DNA of 64,000 nucleotides from Camelus ferus (taxonomy: Eukaryota). This document shows positions 23,072 through 35,010 of the stretch, one piece after another. Location: assembly GCF_009834535.1 (NCBI RefSeq), contig NC_045696.1, positions 108,936,001 to 109,000,000 of the forward strand. The letters run 5' to 3'. The notes under the pieces are model-generated. The model made no database searches, was not told where the DNA came from, and saw nothing but the letters and a program-made list of their open reading frames with translations. A program made the position numbers and the translations under genes. Each line of letters opens with the position of its first letter. Position 1 is the stretch's first letter.

Positions 23072-24320
23072 CAGGGGTGGAAAATGGTTTCCTGAGGGCC
23101 AAAACCTATACAATCTGGGCAGTATATTTTAAGAAAAAAAAAAATCAACATTACAAAGTTAAATACAAAACAAATATTTTTTTAGAATGAGAGAGGAAAT
23201 GATAGCAAATTACAAATTTGAGGGCAAACACAACCAAGAGATGATAATACACATGTGAGACAAAATCCAGAAAATATATTTTAATATTAATATATTAAAA
23301 AGAATAATTCATTGCGTGACATGCCTCAATAATGCTTTGCAATATAGTCTTTGGCTGCACATTCTTTGATTAAGCCTCCATATGAAAATGATTGTGTAAT
23401 ATTTTCTCTAGAAAGAATTGATAGACATTCACTCTTTCCCCTAGGTCAGCTGGTTAAAATTTGGTTTAAGCTATTGATAGTTGAGAAAAGTTTTTTTCTA
23501 GCTTCACCTCTCCTTATTGGTAATGTCCCATGAGTTTTTAGGATTGTTGACAAATTTAAGAAAACTTTTATCAAGTTTCTTTCACATATGAGCAGCTACA
23601 GTTGTATTTGAGGTTTGCCTGTAACAAGAGAATTCTAATCAGCTCTACTTTACATGATTCCCATTGAAAAAGGGGAAAAAGGATATATATAGTCAAGTAT
23701 AATTGTCTCTTCTGCTTTCTGAGGATATACTTGTATAAGTGAGCTCCTGTTTTGACGAGGCATTGATGAGAATTAAATCCGTTGTTTACAATTTTATATG
23801 CCTGATAATCAGAAGATTATCCTACCGTCATCTTTGTACATTTCAAGGCTTGAGTTGCCTGCATTACGCACCTATTTCAGCAGCTGCCCCAGGTGCATTC
23901 ATGTCATGATGCTGAGAGAGTCTGCAGAATGGACAGTAGGCACATTATTGGAAGCCATTCCTATAGCAGCATGGCCAGCAATGACTTATCCTTGAGAGTG
24001 ATGGCAAACCACAGAAATATATCCCACTAAACACAAACTAAATACATCCCAGCTCAAGCCCCCATAACAGATATCAGGAAAGCCCTTGGCCACTCCAATG
24101 TCACCCAACACAAAAAGAAGCTTGACAGAGCAGAAGACAGAAGGGAGGTGACAGTGGTTTCACTAGTGCAGTTCAAACCCCTCGGCTTTGCAAATTTTAC
24201 AAAAACATAGAATGTGTATGACACACATTGTGAAGGTCCCTCCCAGGATTCTTGAAAGAAACCTGGGAAGTGGGGGGCTGAAGTTGAAGTTTCACTCACT
24301 CGCAGGTGAACTGGCCTCTG
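23072..24320 (-). mobile_element. hAT-Tip100 DNA transposon fossil (Arthur1B/MER69B-like) with transposase remnant
   Basis: Both termini present (CAGGGGTGGA... / ...GGCCTCTG). Minus-strand translation of ~23590-23345 gives ICERNLIKVFLNLSTILKTHGTLPIRRGEAR/NFSQLSI...LGER/LSILSRENITQSFSYGGLIKECAAK, a decayed hAT C-terminal dimerization domain. Confidence 0.85.
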
Positions 24321-24843
24321 GTGAATAATAACAATCTAACCCCTCACCCACTTTCTTGAATGGAAAAGAGAGAGGTTAAGTAATCTGTGGAGATGCTGGA
24401 CTTTCACATCACTCACAGACCCCAGGTTCTGAGCCAGGACCTTGTATTCACTCCCTTTACTGCCTCACCACTAGGTGTGGTGGTGTTCGTCAATTACTGA
24501 AGTGACTTACTTCTCCAAAACTATCTTTCAGAGTTTTGTCAGAATCTGGTTATTGTGGAGGAAATACACCTTACAGATGGCCATTGCCCAAGAGATCTGA
24601 CCCACCAGAGAAAAATGGCAGAGGACTGCTGTGCTGGTGGGAAGCCTTTGTGTTGCAGGTAGAGAGACATGAGAACTGCCCAAGGGTGTTGGGGCCAAGA
24701 TTAGACTCCTCCTGAACCATCCTTAGCCCAAAGCTCTTTGCACTGAGACTCAGAGCAGAGTCTGGACTTAACGGTGGCTCTACCATTGCTTCTCACATCT
24801 GGTGAAACACCACGCGTGCAACTTTCCAATGGGTCTTTTTTTT

Positions 24844-25277
24844 GTGCATCAGTCAAGTATTGTACCGATGTTGTGTAACCATGTGCTGTAAAACCTGATG
24901 GCTTGAAACAACCATCATTTATTCTCAGGGATCTGTGGGTTGGCTGGAGAGGCTCTGCTTCATGCCATAGGATTGCCAGTCTAGGTTTGTTCCATACATT
25001 TCTCAAACTCCTTGGAACAGAGGACTAGTCTAGGCACACTCTGCTCAAGGTGATGGCAGAGGTACAAGGTGATGGGTAGAAATATATGAGGATTCTTAAG
25101 ACTTAGGCTTGGAACTGACACATTATGGCTTTCATCCACATGCAAATGGCCAAAGCAAACCATATGGCCCAAATCAGAGCACAGGATATAAAGGGGGTAC
25201 TCTACTCCTAAGGCTATGGCAAGAGTGTGAATGCAGGGAGGTTGAAAACTGGGGCCAATAGTTAAATCCATCACACC
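24844..25277 (-). mobile_element. MaLR solo LTR (MLT1H/I-like)
   Basis: GGCTTGAAACAACCATCATTTATTCTC...GGCTTGGAACTGACACA...GGCCAAAGCAAACCATATGGCCC...TCCATCACA. Confidence 0.8.
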
Positions 25278-25379
25278 TAAGAAGGAGCACAGATGACAGA
25301 TGGGCAAGGCCGGCAACCCACTGCAGACATGAGAGATTTGGGGAGTGCCACAGACAGCACAGCTTTAGCAGGGCATTTG

Positions 25380-25670
25380 GCAGGGGCAAATGTGGACAGC
25401 TGGGTAGATTTATTGCTAAACCACCGTGCCCAAAGAGCATTGACTAACGGATTGATGTCCATCTGGAAGAGGTTTGCAGTGGCATACCATTAGCTTCTGC
25501 CCTGCTCCAATGTTTTCATCGACATCTTGGATGCAGGTATTGGAATCATGTTTTATCACATGTGCAGGTGATACACGGCTAAGTAGCATGACTAATATGC
25601 TTTGATGGAAATTTCTAAGTTCAAGTTGATATTATCAACCTAGATTTATAGATCTGAGACAACAAAGATG
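25380..25670 (+). mobile_element. L3/CR1 LINE reverse-transcriptase fragment (piece 1)
   Basis: Translates with frameshifts to LLNHRAQRALTNGLMSIWK...NVFIDILDAGIGIMF/ITCAGDTRL, comparable to the CR1 RT motif WL..R.QRV.ING.MS.W...NIFINDLD.G.E..L.KFADDTKL. Confidence 0.8.
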
Positions 25671-25769
25671 AATAAATAAGAACCTACTATATGCCAGACA
25701 CATATTTCATTTATTCCTTGCAATAACACTTTGAAGCAAATTTTATGCCTTTTTTTCAGATTAAAACAG

Positions 25770-27960
25770 TATATCCTAGAAAAAGAAAAACAAACTACAT
25801 CCAAATGAAGCAGAAGGAAATAAAATAAAAAGTAGTGTGGAAATTAATAAAACAGAGAATACAAAAACAATACAGAAAATCAACAAAACCAAAGTTGATT
25901 CTTTAAAAAGATCAGCAAATTTGACAAACTTTTAGCAAGGCTGATCAAGGAAAAAAGGCAGAAAACTCAGATCAGGAATGAGAAGACATTACTACTGACC
26001 TTACAGAAATAAATAGAAGTATAAGGGGATACTATCAACAACTTTACATCAACAGATTAGATAACTTCAGTAAAATGGACAAATTACTAGAAAGACATAA
26101 ATTACTGAGACTGACTCAAAAAGAAAGAGAAGATCTGAATAGGCCTACAGCAAGTAAAGAGATCAAATTTATCATTTTAAAGTTTCCCATAAAGATAAGT
26201 AGCCTTGGCCCAGAAGGATTCACTGGTGAATTCTACCAAACATTAAAGAAGAATTAATACCAATTCTTCACAAATTCTTGGGAAAGTTAGAAGAGGAGGA
26301 AACACTTTTCAACCCATTCTATGAAGCCAGTATTACCCTGATGTCAAAATCAGACAAACACATCACATAGTTAAAACAAACAAACAAACAAACAAAACCC
26401 TGCAGAATTTCATGTCTATGGATACAAAAATCCTCAACAAAATACTAGCAAACCCAAACTAGCAACATATAAAAAGAATTCTATGCCATGAAAAAATGAG
26501 ATGTCCCGAGAATGCAAGTTGTTTAACCTTCAAAAATCAATTAATGTAATACACCATATTTATGGAATAAAAGTTAGAAACCATAAGATCATTTCAATAA
26601 ATTCAGAAAAATATTTGATAAAAATTAATACCTTTTTATGATAAAAACACTCAACAAACTAGGGACAGAAGGGAACTTCCTCTATCTGCTAAAGGGCATC
26701 TATAAAAAACCTACAACTAGCATCATACTAACTGGTGAAAGACTAAATTTTTTTCCTAAGATTAGGAGCAAGATGAGGATATCCATTCTCACTACTTTTT
26801 TTTTTTAACCTGTACTGGCAGTTCTAGTCGGGACAAGTAGGTCAGAGAAATAAATAAAACATATCAAGATGGGAAAGGAAGAAGTAAAATTCTATTTTCA
26901 GATGGCATGGTCTTGTATACAGAAATGCTAATGTATCTACTAAAACATTAAGAACTAATAAATGAGTTCAGCAATGTGGCAGGAAATAATAACAATATAC
27001 AAAAATCAACTATGTTTTTATGCACTAGCAATTCAAAATTGAACAGTTTAAAATCAGAATTAAGAAAACAATTCCGTTTACAATAGTATCAAAAAGAATA
27101 AATACTTAAGTATACATTTAACAAAAGAAATACAAGATTTGACTTTTTAAGAAAGTAAAAAGACAATGCACAGAATGGGACAAAATGTTTTCAAATCATA
27201 TGTCTGATGTGAGACTCATATCTATATTAAATAAAGAATTCTGAGAGCTCAATAGTAAAAGAAAGAAAGAAAGAAAGACCCCAATTTAAACATGGGCAAG
27301 GATATGAAATGGACATTTTTCCACAGAAGATACTTGACCAATAGGTACATGAAAAGATGCTAAAATCATTAGTCATTAGGAAAATGCCAATCAAAACTAT
27401 AATGAGATACTACTTCACACTCACTAAGACTATAATAAAAAATGACAGACAATTTGTGTTTGTGAGGAATTGAAGAAAGTGGAGCTCTCATACATTGCTG
27501 GTCAGAATGTGAAGTGGTGCAGCCATTTTGGAAAACAGTTTGGCAGTTTTTCATCAGGTAAATGTAGAGTCTCCATATAACCCAGCAATTCCACTCTGAG
27601 GCACGAACCCAAGTGAAATGAAAATGCACATCTACACAAAGACTTAAACACAAATGTTCATGGCAGCATTGTTCATAATAGCTAAAAAGTGAGCAGAACC
27701 CAAATGTTTATCAACTGATGAAAAGATACACAAATATGATATAGCCATAAAATGAAATATTATTCAGCAGTGAAAAGGAAGGACGTACTGATACACGCTA
27801 AAACATGATGAACTCTGAAAGCGTTATGCTAAGTGAAAGAAGGCAGACACAAAGGCTTACATAGTGTATGATTCCATTTATAGGAAATGTCCAGAATAAG
27901 AAATACATAAAAAGGAGGTTAGTAGTTGCTCTGGTCTAGGGCTTGGGAGTAGGATGGGAA
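25770..27960 (+). mobile_element. Old L1 (L1MB-type) ORF2 and 3' UTR with an internal deletion
   Basis: ORF 26075-26257 (MDKLLERHKL...GPEGFTGEFYQTLK) and further decayed ORF2 motifs. Jump near 27140 from TKEIQDL to KVKRQCTEW. Confidence 0.92.
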
Positions 27961-27969
27961 TGCAGATTG

Positions 27970-28238
27970 GAGTCTTAAACTGAATTAATTGAAGTAGAGG
28001 GTACATTCCAACAAGGAAAGGGTAGCCTTGTGTACTCTGATCTGATCAGACCACATCTGGAATCCCAGGCTCCAACGTAAGAGCCACATTTAAGAGGAAT
28101 GTTGGAAAGCCATAGTTTGTCTACAAAGTAACCTGCATACTGAGGGGATTAGAAATCTTGTCATAGGGAGAAGAGATAAAATGATTGATCAAGTCTATAC
28201 TCCAGAAGTAAAGACAAGCTATAATATCTTTAAATAAA
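27970..28238 (+). mobile_element. L3/CR1 fragment (piece 2)
   Basis: TACTCTGATCTGATCAGACCACATCTGGAA encodes YSDLIRPHLE, comparable to CR1 YSALVRPHLE. Continues to ...ATCTTTAAATA. Confidence 0.75.
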
Positions 28239-28239
28239 G

Positions 28240-29560
28240 GTTAGTTTTGGATGTAAATCAATGAAGTTAGACCATACACAAAAGTAAACTCAAGATGGCT
28301 TAAAGACTTAAACATAAGACAAGGCACTATAAACCTCCTAGAAAAAAACAGATGCAAACCATTGTCTGACATAAGTCTTAGCAATGTTCTCCTGAAGCAG
28401 TCTACCCAGGCAATAGAAATAAAAACAAAAATAACCAAATGGGACTAATTAAACTTATAAGATTTTGCACAGCAAACGAAACCATAAGCAAAGCAAAACA
28501 ACAACCTACAGAATGGGAGAAAATATTTGCAAATGATGCGACTGACAAAGACTTAATTTCCAGAATATATAAACAGCTCATACAACTTTATAACAAAAAA
28601 CAAACAACCCAATACAAAAAAGAGCAAAAGACCTAAATAAGCAGTTCTCCATTGAAAACATACAAGTGGCCAATAGGCACATGAAAAAAAATCTCAATAT
28701 CACTAATTATCAGAGAAATGCAAATCAAGCTACAATGAGGTATCACCTCACACCAGTCAGAGTGGCCATCATTCAAAAGCAATAAATGCTGAAGAGGGTG
28801 TGGAGAAAAGGGAACCCTACTACACTGCTGGTGGGAATGTAGTTTGGTGCAGCCATTGTGGAAAACAATATGAAGATTCATCAAAAGATTAAAAATAATC
28901 TTACCCTATGATCCAGCAGTTCCACTCCTGGGCATATATCCAGAGAGAACTCTTAATTCGAAAAGACACATGCACCCTGGTGTTCATAGCAGCACTATTT
29001 ACAATAGCCAAGACAAGGAAGCAACCTAAATGTCCATCAACAGATGGCTGGATAAAGAAGCTATATTTGTACAATGGAATACTACTCAGCCCTAAAAATA
29101 ATAAAATAATGCCATTTGCAGCAACATGGATGGACCTGGAGATTGTCATTCTAAGTGAAGTAAGCCAGAAAGAGAAAGAAAAATATCATATGATATCACT
29201 CATATGTGGAATCTAAAAAAGAAGACACAAATGAATTTATTTACAAAACAGAAATAGACTCATAGACATAGAAAAGAAACGTACGGTTATCAGTGTGGAA
29301 AGGGGGCGGGAAGGGATAAACTGGGAGTTTGAGATTTGCAGATATCAACTACTATATATAAAATAGATAAACAACAAGTTCATGCTGTACAGCACAGGGA
29401 ACTCTATTCAATATCCTGTAGTAACTTATAACGAAAAAGAAAATGAGAAACAAATATATATATGTATGTGTATGACTGAAACATTGTGCTATACAGCTGA
29501 AATGGATGATGCATTGTAACTGACTATACTTCAATTAAAAATAAGTAAATAAAAATAATA
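28240..29560 (+). mobile_element. 5'-truncated lineage-specific L1 (ORF2 C-terminus, 3' UTR, A tail)
   Basis: ORF 28439-28636 [31 protein letters not shown] is the L1 ORF2 C-terminus. Ends CTGACTATACTTCAATTAAAAATAAG. Confidence 0.95.
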
Positions 29561-29685
29561 AGGGCTATTGTAAAAGAGGAAATGGATGTTTTCTATGTGA
29601 CACAGAGGGCAGAACAAAGATCAAGAAAGGAAGATTGTCACCCCAATAAATAAAGAAGTAATATAATTCTAATAATTCAAAGCTT
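29561..29685 (+). mobile_element. L3/CR1 fragment (piece 3)
   Basis: AGGGCTATTGTAAAAGAGGAAATGGATGTTTTCTATGTGACACAGAGGGCAGAAC resembles the L3 3' region. Confidence 0.6.
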
Positions 29686-29686
29686 C

Positions 29687-30186
29687 CGGTATCATTCAGG
29701 ACTCAGGAACCAAACACAAATTGGCTTCAGCCACATGGAAAGTCCAGAAATAGGTCTCAGGTACTCCATCATTCCACACTGTTTTTCTCTATATTGGCTT
29801 CATTTTTGGACATATTCTCTTTCTGTGGTGGCAAAACAGTCACTAGAAGCACCAGACTCAGATCCTATCAGTTTAACAACCACGAGAATGAATATGTCTC
29901 CTTTCCAAGGGCTCCGTCAAAACTCTCAGGGTTGACTTTCATTGGACAGTTTGGGCACAGGCCCATTTCTGAGCCAGTCATCACAGCCAGAGTGTGAAAC
30001 AGGCTGATGCAGCAGGCCTGGATCACATGCCCACCACCAAAGCTGAGGACCAGGTCAGTCCTGCCCAAACCACAAGGACTGGGACTGGAGGAGGGGTGGT
30101 TCTCCAAAGGAAGAATAACCCAGATGCTCTTTCCAGGAAAAGGGACACTAGAAGTTTGTCAGGGAGACCAACAGATTTCCAACTGC
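29687..30186 (-). mobile_element. MaLR LTR (MLT1K/L-like)
   Basis: CATTGGACAGTTTGGGCACAGGCCCATTTCTGAGCCAGTCATC...CAGGCCTGGATCACATGCCCACC...GGTGGTTCTCCAAAGGAA. Confidence 0.7.
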
Positions 30187-30189
30187 CTG

Positions 30190-30290
30190 CAGGTTAGAGG
30201 TTCCTCTGGGAAAGTAGGAAGGAGAGAGCTCCCCAGCTCTGGAGACATCTAGGCAGAGGCTGAATGACCCCCATCACCCTGCCCAGTAGG
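30190..30290 (+). mobile_element. L3/CR1 fragment (piece 4, 3' end)
   Basis: GAGCTCCCCAGCTCTGGAGACATCTAGGCAGAGGCTGAATGACC resembles the L3 sequence GAGCTCCCCGTCACTGGAGGTATTCAAGCAGAGGCTGGATGACC. Confidence 0.65.
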
Positions 30291-33200
30291 GAGCTCTGGA
30301 TGGGAGTCAAGTCTTGCACGATCACCTCTCTTGTAAGGTGGCTCTCCATGGCATTCATCCTTCCTCTCGGGCACTTGCTTCTGCTTCAAAATACCTTTCA
30401 TCATAAAGAGGCCTCCTAATTCATATTGCACAGACCTTTTCAGGCCCTTTTGGAAGCAGTCTTATTTCCTTTTGTCTTCCCTCTTAAACCAGCCTTGTGG
30501 CCTGGATGTGCACTCACTCTCTGTCGTTCGGCTTGACCTCTGTCTTCACCCTAATTAAAGACACTCTTTCCAAGGACATGCTGGAATGAGGCTTCAGAAG
30601 AGTGTTTTCATGTCTTCTACAGGTAGTTCTCATTAGCAAGTCACCCCTCAGTCAAGGTGAGGTGTTTTGTTTTGCCAGAAAATAAGATCACTCAAGCTAA
30701 CTAAAGAAAAAGACACGTGTGTGTGTGTAGCAGGGCTGACACTGTGAGAACATAGCAGTGCTTGGCGGGGCGGGGTGGCAGGGTGGGGAGTGGTTCTGGG
30801 ACAGGAATCGCTGCCAGCCAGCAGGCCTCACAGAAGCTGGAAACCTACCGAGACCCCAGCAACAAGAGTTCACACAGCCTCCCCAGCACTCTGCCATCAC
30901 TCATGTTTGCCATCACCACTGGCCACATGTTTCGGTCTTTATACGGCACCAACCGGTTTGCCTTTCACTGTCCCTTCTCAAGTCCTAGAAGAGGAAGGTC
31001 ATTGGACCAGTTCCTGTTTTGCTCCAGACAATAGGCCAGCCCTCGTCTAAATCGCATTGCTTTTCCAAATACCCACGGCCAGGAGGGCAGTCACAGGCTG
31101 CTTTCAGTAAGTCTGTGGACGGCACCTTCGGAACCTGGTGCTCCCCTAGCCCCACCCCGAATTTATCATGTGTCTCCCTCCTCCTGCACCTGAGTCTCGC
31201 AGAAAAGATTTGGGTGCCCAGCCTTTGTGTTCTCCCTGTAAGTAAGCAGCTGGCTGAAAGGATGGAAAGCGGCCGGGCATCAGGCAGTACAGAGTAACTA
31301 ACTGTCTTTCTAAATGATAGAGGCAGAGGAGGCTGGGGGCTGTTAAGAATGACTCTGAAGACAGGAGAGGGATTTGGATTAAGGAAAAGGAAGAAATTCA
31401 CCAAAACTCAGATGTCCTCTGGACCTCAGGGCTATGGGAGAGGGAGGCTCCTGCCAGTGTGCCCACGCTCCACCCACGGGTGGGGGCCATGAGGACGGCA
31501 GACTGGGCTGACTGTAGGAAATCCCAGCTATGCACAAATGCATTTGCACACGAGTCCCACGTACCCCTGCTCAGGGACTGACCCCCCTCTGCACCTCACG
31601 TCTCCTTCCCTGCGGGGTCTCCAGGAGATTCACCAGGGAAGGGGCCAGACCTAGAGGACTAGGGTGTCAGGAAGAGCCGGGACACCTGCGACTCAGCCAC
31701 CTGCTTTTTGGCCAAGAATAAGGCTGAAAACACCTGATAACATAAGCACCTGAGGGGTCAGCAGGCTAACAAAGACACCATTCCCATGAAAATGTGCAGC
31801 CAGAGGGACTGGAGGGAGTTCAAAGGGACCAAAGGGATGCAAGGTTGCAGGGTCTGCAAAGGAACTGGACACAGTAATTAATGGAATCTTATAAAACAAA
31901 TTCAAATTGATCAGTCAGTAAATGAGAGTATTGCCACCCAGACTGAAACAGATTTAAAGGAACATAAATTGAGTCAATAATAAATGTGGAAGGAGACGGG
32001 CGTCGGGGGAAAGTATTGAGTGTAGCATTATTGGAGTTGATGTTATTTATTGTACGGGATTAACAGTAATAAAAAATAACTCCCTTGACAAAGCCTTTGA
32101 AAGAACCTACAATATAAAACTTAGATCTATAAGTGAGATCTGGCTTTAGGAGCTTAATTGAAAATATTAAATAGGGGACAGAAATTTAATTAAATATAAG
32201 GAGGATGATAAATTGCTGGGATTGTATCTAGTCATGGGAGGAGAGATCTTGAACAAAGGGCCCTAGTGAGATCAGAGGATTGGGAAACAGACATTTTTGT
32301 AAAGAGGAAATTTGCAGAGCATTGGTTGGGTGCTTCCATCCATCCCTCCCCATCTGGCTCCCTGTGGGATACCAGGATCCCTTTAAGTAAGCAAGGCCCT
32401 CTGGGGTGTGTCTGTCCCCCACTGCTCTCCAGAGAGAGAAAAACCCCTTTCCTGGCTGCCCAGCCCTCCTGGCATCAATCTCAATCCTGAACATGCACAT
32501 GAGCAGCCCTTCTCCATGTCTGTCGTACACAGAGTAGACAATCCCAGAATCAGCCATGAACCATACATGAACCAGGAGAAGGGAAAACTCCTGGAGCTGA
32601 GAGGAGTGTGATTCATCACTGATGACTCTGCTTGAGAAGAGAGGAAATTCGGAACAGGGAGCTGTGACGCTGCTGAGTCTGGGGAGCAGCTGACCTCTAA
32701 CCCGTTGCCCAGAAGGCCCCCACCAAGCCCCAACAATGCTACCCAGCATCGGCCTCCATGTGGGCTCACACAAGAGAGGCTGCAGCCAGCTCAGGCTCAG
32801 CGTGGAGGGGGAAGGACAGCAGGGTCCTCCCAGTTGGACGGGGAGCATGCGTGCAAATTACAGGAAGGACCTGTGAGCCAGAAAGAATCGGGATAACTCT
32901 AACATCGAGAGACAGACAGCCCATCAACAAGGGTAGCCAGGGCGTCCCCTCTGCAGCCCTGAGGACTTGCTTCTGCATCAGCAAGGCAGGAAGATTTCCC
33001 CGGACTTCCCGCCTCCCCAGCTGGGGTTGTGGCATCCTCCTCTGTGCTCCCATGACACTTTCTGCATTAGCTTCTTCCCTGGGCATGAGCCTGTCATCTG
33101 ATGGTCACCAGTTTAGTGGCCTCTTCCTGCACTGGAGTGGGTCTTATTCACTGCAGTCCCCCCTCCCCCCAGCACCCGGCAGAAACAGGCACAGCGTAGT

Positions 33201-33710
33201 TGAGGGAATGACTGAACAGCGTGGGTCCGGCTTGTTCGGACGAGAGCTAGTCTTCAGACTAGTGGTTACAGTCCCACTGAGCAGCTGGCCAGGGATAGCC
33301 AGGTACTGCCTCAGCTGCTTGCCTGTGGTGGGGGTGGGAAATGTTTGAGGCTGGCAGAGGGGTATGGGAAAACGCCCAGCTATGACTCTTTTCAGAATCA
33401 GTTTGACTTAGGCATTCCTCTCTGCAGCTGGACCCCAAAGATGTGGCCTCTTTCTGAGCCCTGGGAGCCAGCCTGAGATGGGGCCAGGGCCTGTGCTGGT
33501 GCTATGGGGAGAGAGGACATCCGAGGACACAGGATGCGACATGAGTGAGTGCATGTCGAAGCTGAGTGATGGGTACCTGAAGGCTCCCTATTTTAAGCAT
33601 GTTCACATTTTTCCATAATAACATAATTTTTTCTAAAATAAATTTTAAAAAGACATCAACCTCAAGCAATTTTCCCTCATGCTCTGGCTCTCTCTCCTCC
33701 TCCTCTAATA

Positions 33711-33895
33711 GAGCAATCCTCTAACTGTGGCCCCCAGGCTAGCAGTATTGTCATCATCTAGGAACTTCCTAGACATGCAAATATGCAAGCTCACCCAAAC
33801 GTACTGAATCAGAAACTTTGGGATGGAGCCCAGCAAATTATGCTTCACAAGCCATCTAGATGATTCTGATGCGTGCATAAGTTTGAGAACCATTG
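33711..33895 (+). mobile_element. MER5A-like hAT-Charlie MITE
   Basis: TACTGAATCAGAAACTTTGGGATGGAGCCCAGCAA...GTTTGAGAACCATTG. TSD CTCTAATA / GTCTCATA (6/8). Confidence 0.88.
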
Positions 33896-34149
33896 GTCTC
33901 ATATGTTATTCATTATCTTCAAAATTCTGACTTCCCCCAGGCTGGCGATATTTCAAATTGTTAAAAGACTCCTCCCTAACGCCTTTGGGAGAACGTGCTT
34001 TCTCTGCGGCTGGCGTCCGCTTGGTTCAGCCCCAGCTGCACCCCGGCTCTGGGGCTCAGCATCTTTTACGCAGAGGATGTGATGGCGCCCTAGCTCCGCA
34101 CTCAGCGCATCCAGCCTCTGAGAGCCACGAGCCCTCGCTCTGGCTCGGT

Positions 34150-34330
34150 GCAGGCACGGTCCTGAGCTCTTAACAGGTGTTATCTCATTGGACCATCTCA
34201 ACAACCCTACAAGGAAGTTACCATGATCACTTTCATTTCACAAATGAGGAAACCAGGTCTAGGCTCACCAAGTCCACCTGGCAAGCAAGTGCCGGAGCCT
34301 GGATTCCCGAGCATGAGCCCTAACCACTAG
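34150..34330 (-). mobile_element. MIR
   Basis: TCATTGGACCATCTCAACAACCCTACAAGG...CATTTCACAAATGAGGAAACC. Confidence 0.7.
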
Positions 34331-34496
34331 GCACCACCACCCCACACTCTCACCCCTTGTCTGGCTCTGACTGTGTGGCCCAGGACGTCTCACTCCCCAG
34401 ATCAAGCCTGCACCCGGCTTAGCCCCTGTGCCTAACTTCCACATCCAGGACCCGGAGGCTACGGCTACCATTTACTCACCCCCAAGGATTCTTACT

Positions 34497-35010
34497 CTGT
34501 CAGTTAGGAGGCTTCCAGGCGCAAGAACAAATGAGATGACAGGTAATATCTATCACCTCGTGTAATGGGGGATCCCAGTACGGAGGCTGTGCGAAGGGTT
34601 AATGCAGTAGTTTCCATGGTGCAGTCAAGGACCCCGGTTCTCTCCTTCCCTCCTCTCAGCCATTCTCAGTATACCCCTCCCTGCTGGGAGACCAGCTCCC
34701 TCACAGTCACAAGCTGACAGCCATAGTTGCTGGCTTCATGATCAGACAAGAAGAGGGGCTATTTCTTCCAGGTATCTCCTATTTCAGAATGAAGAGTCCT
34801 TTTCCAGCAGACATCCCTTCATGTCTCATTGGCTGGAAATAGGTGACATGCCCATCCCTAAACCACCCCCAAACCAACTGCTGGCAAGGGGAAGGGAGAA
34901 TGATTTGATGAGACTGGCTTAGTTGGATGGATGCCTGAGTTACCTGGTACAGGAGTGGACATTCCAATACAAATGGGACTCGGCCAAGAGGAAGAGGAAG
35001 GAATGGCTGC
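34497..35010 (-). mobile_element. MaLR LTR (MLT1J-like)
   Basis: CATGTCTCATTGGCTGGAAATAGGTGACATGCCCATCCCTAAACC...TGGCAAGGGG. Confidence 0.65.

Noticed and set aside
32228..33348. Long ORFs of 206 and 196 aa
   Set aside because: Non-ATG starts, composition typical of GC-rich noncoding DNA, and no recognisable domain.
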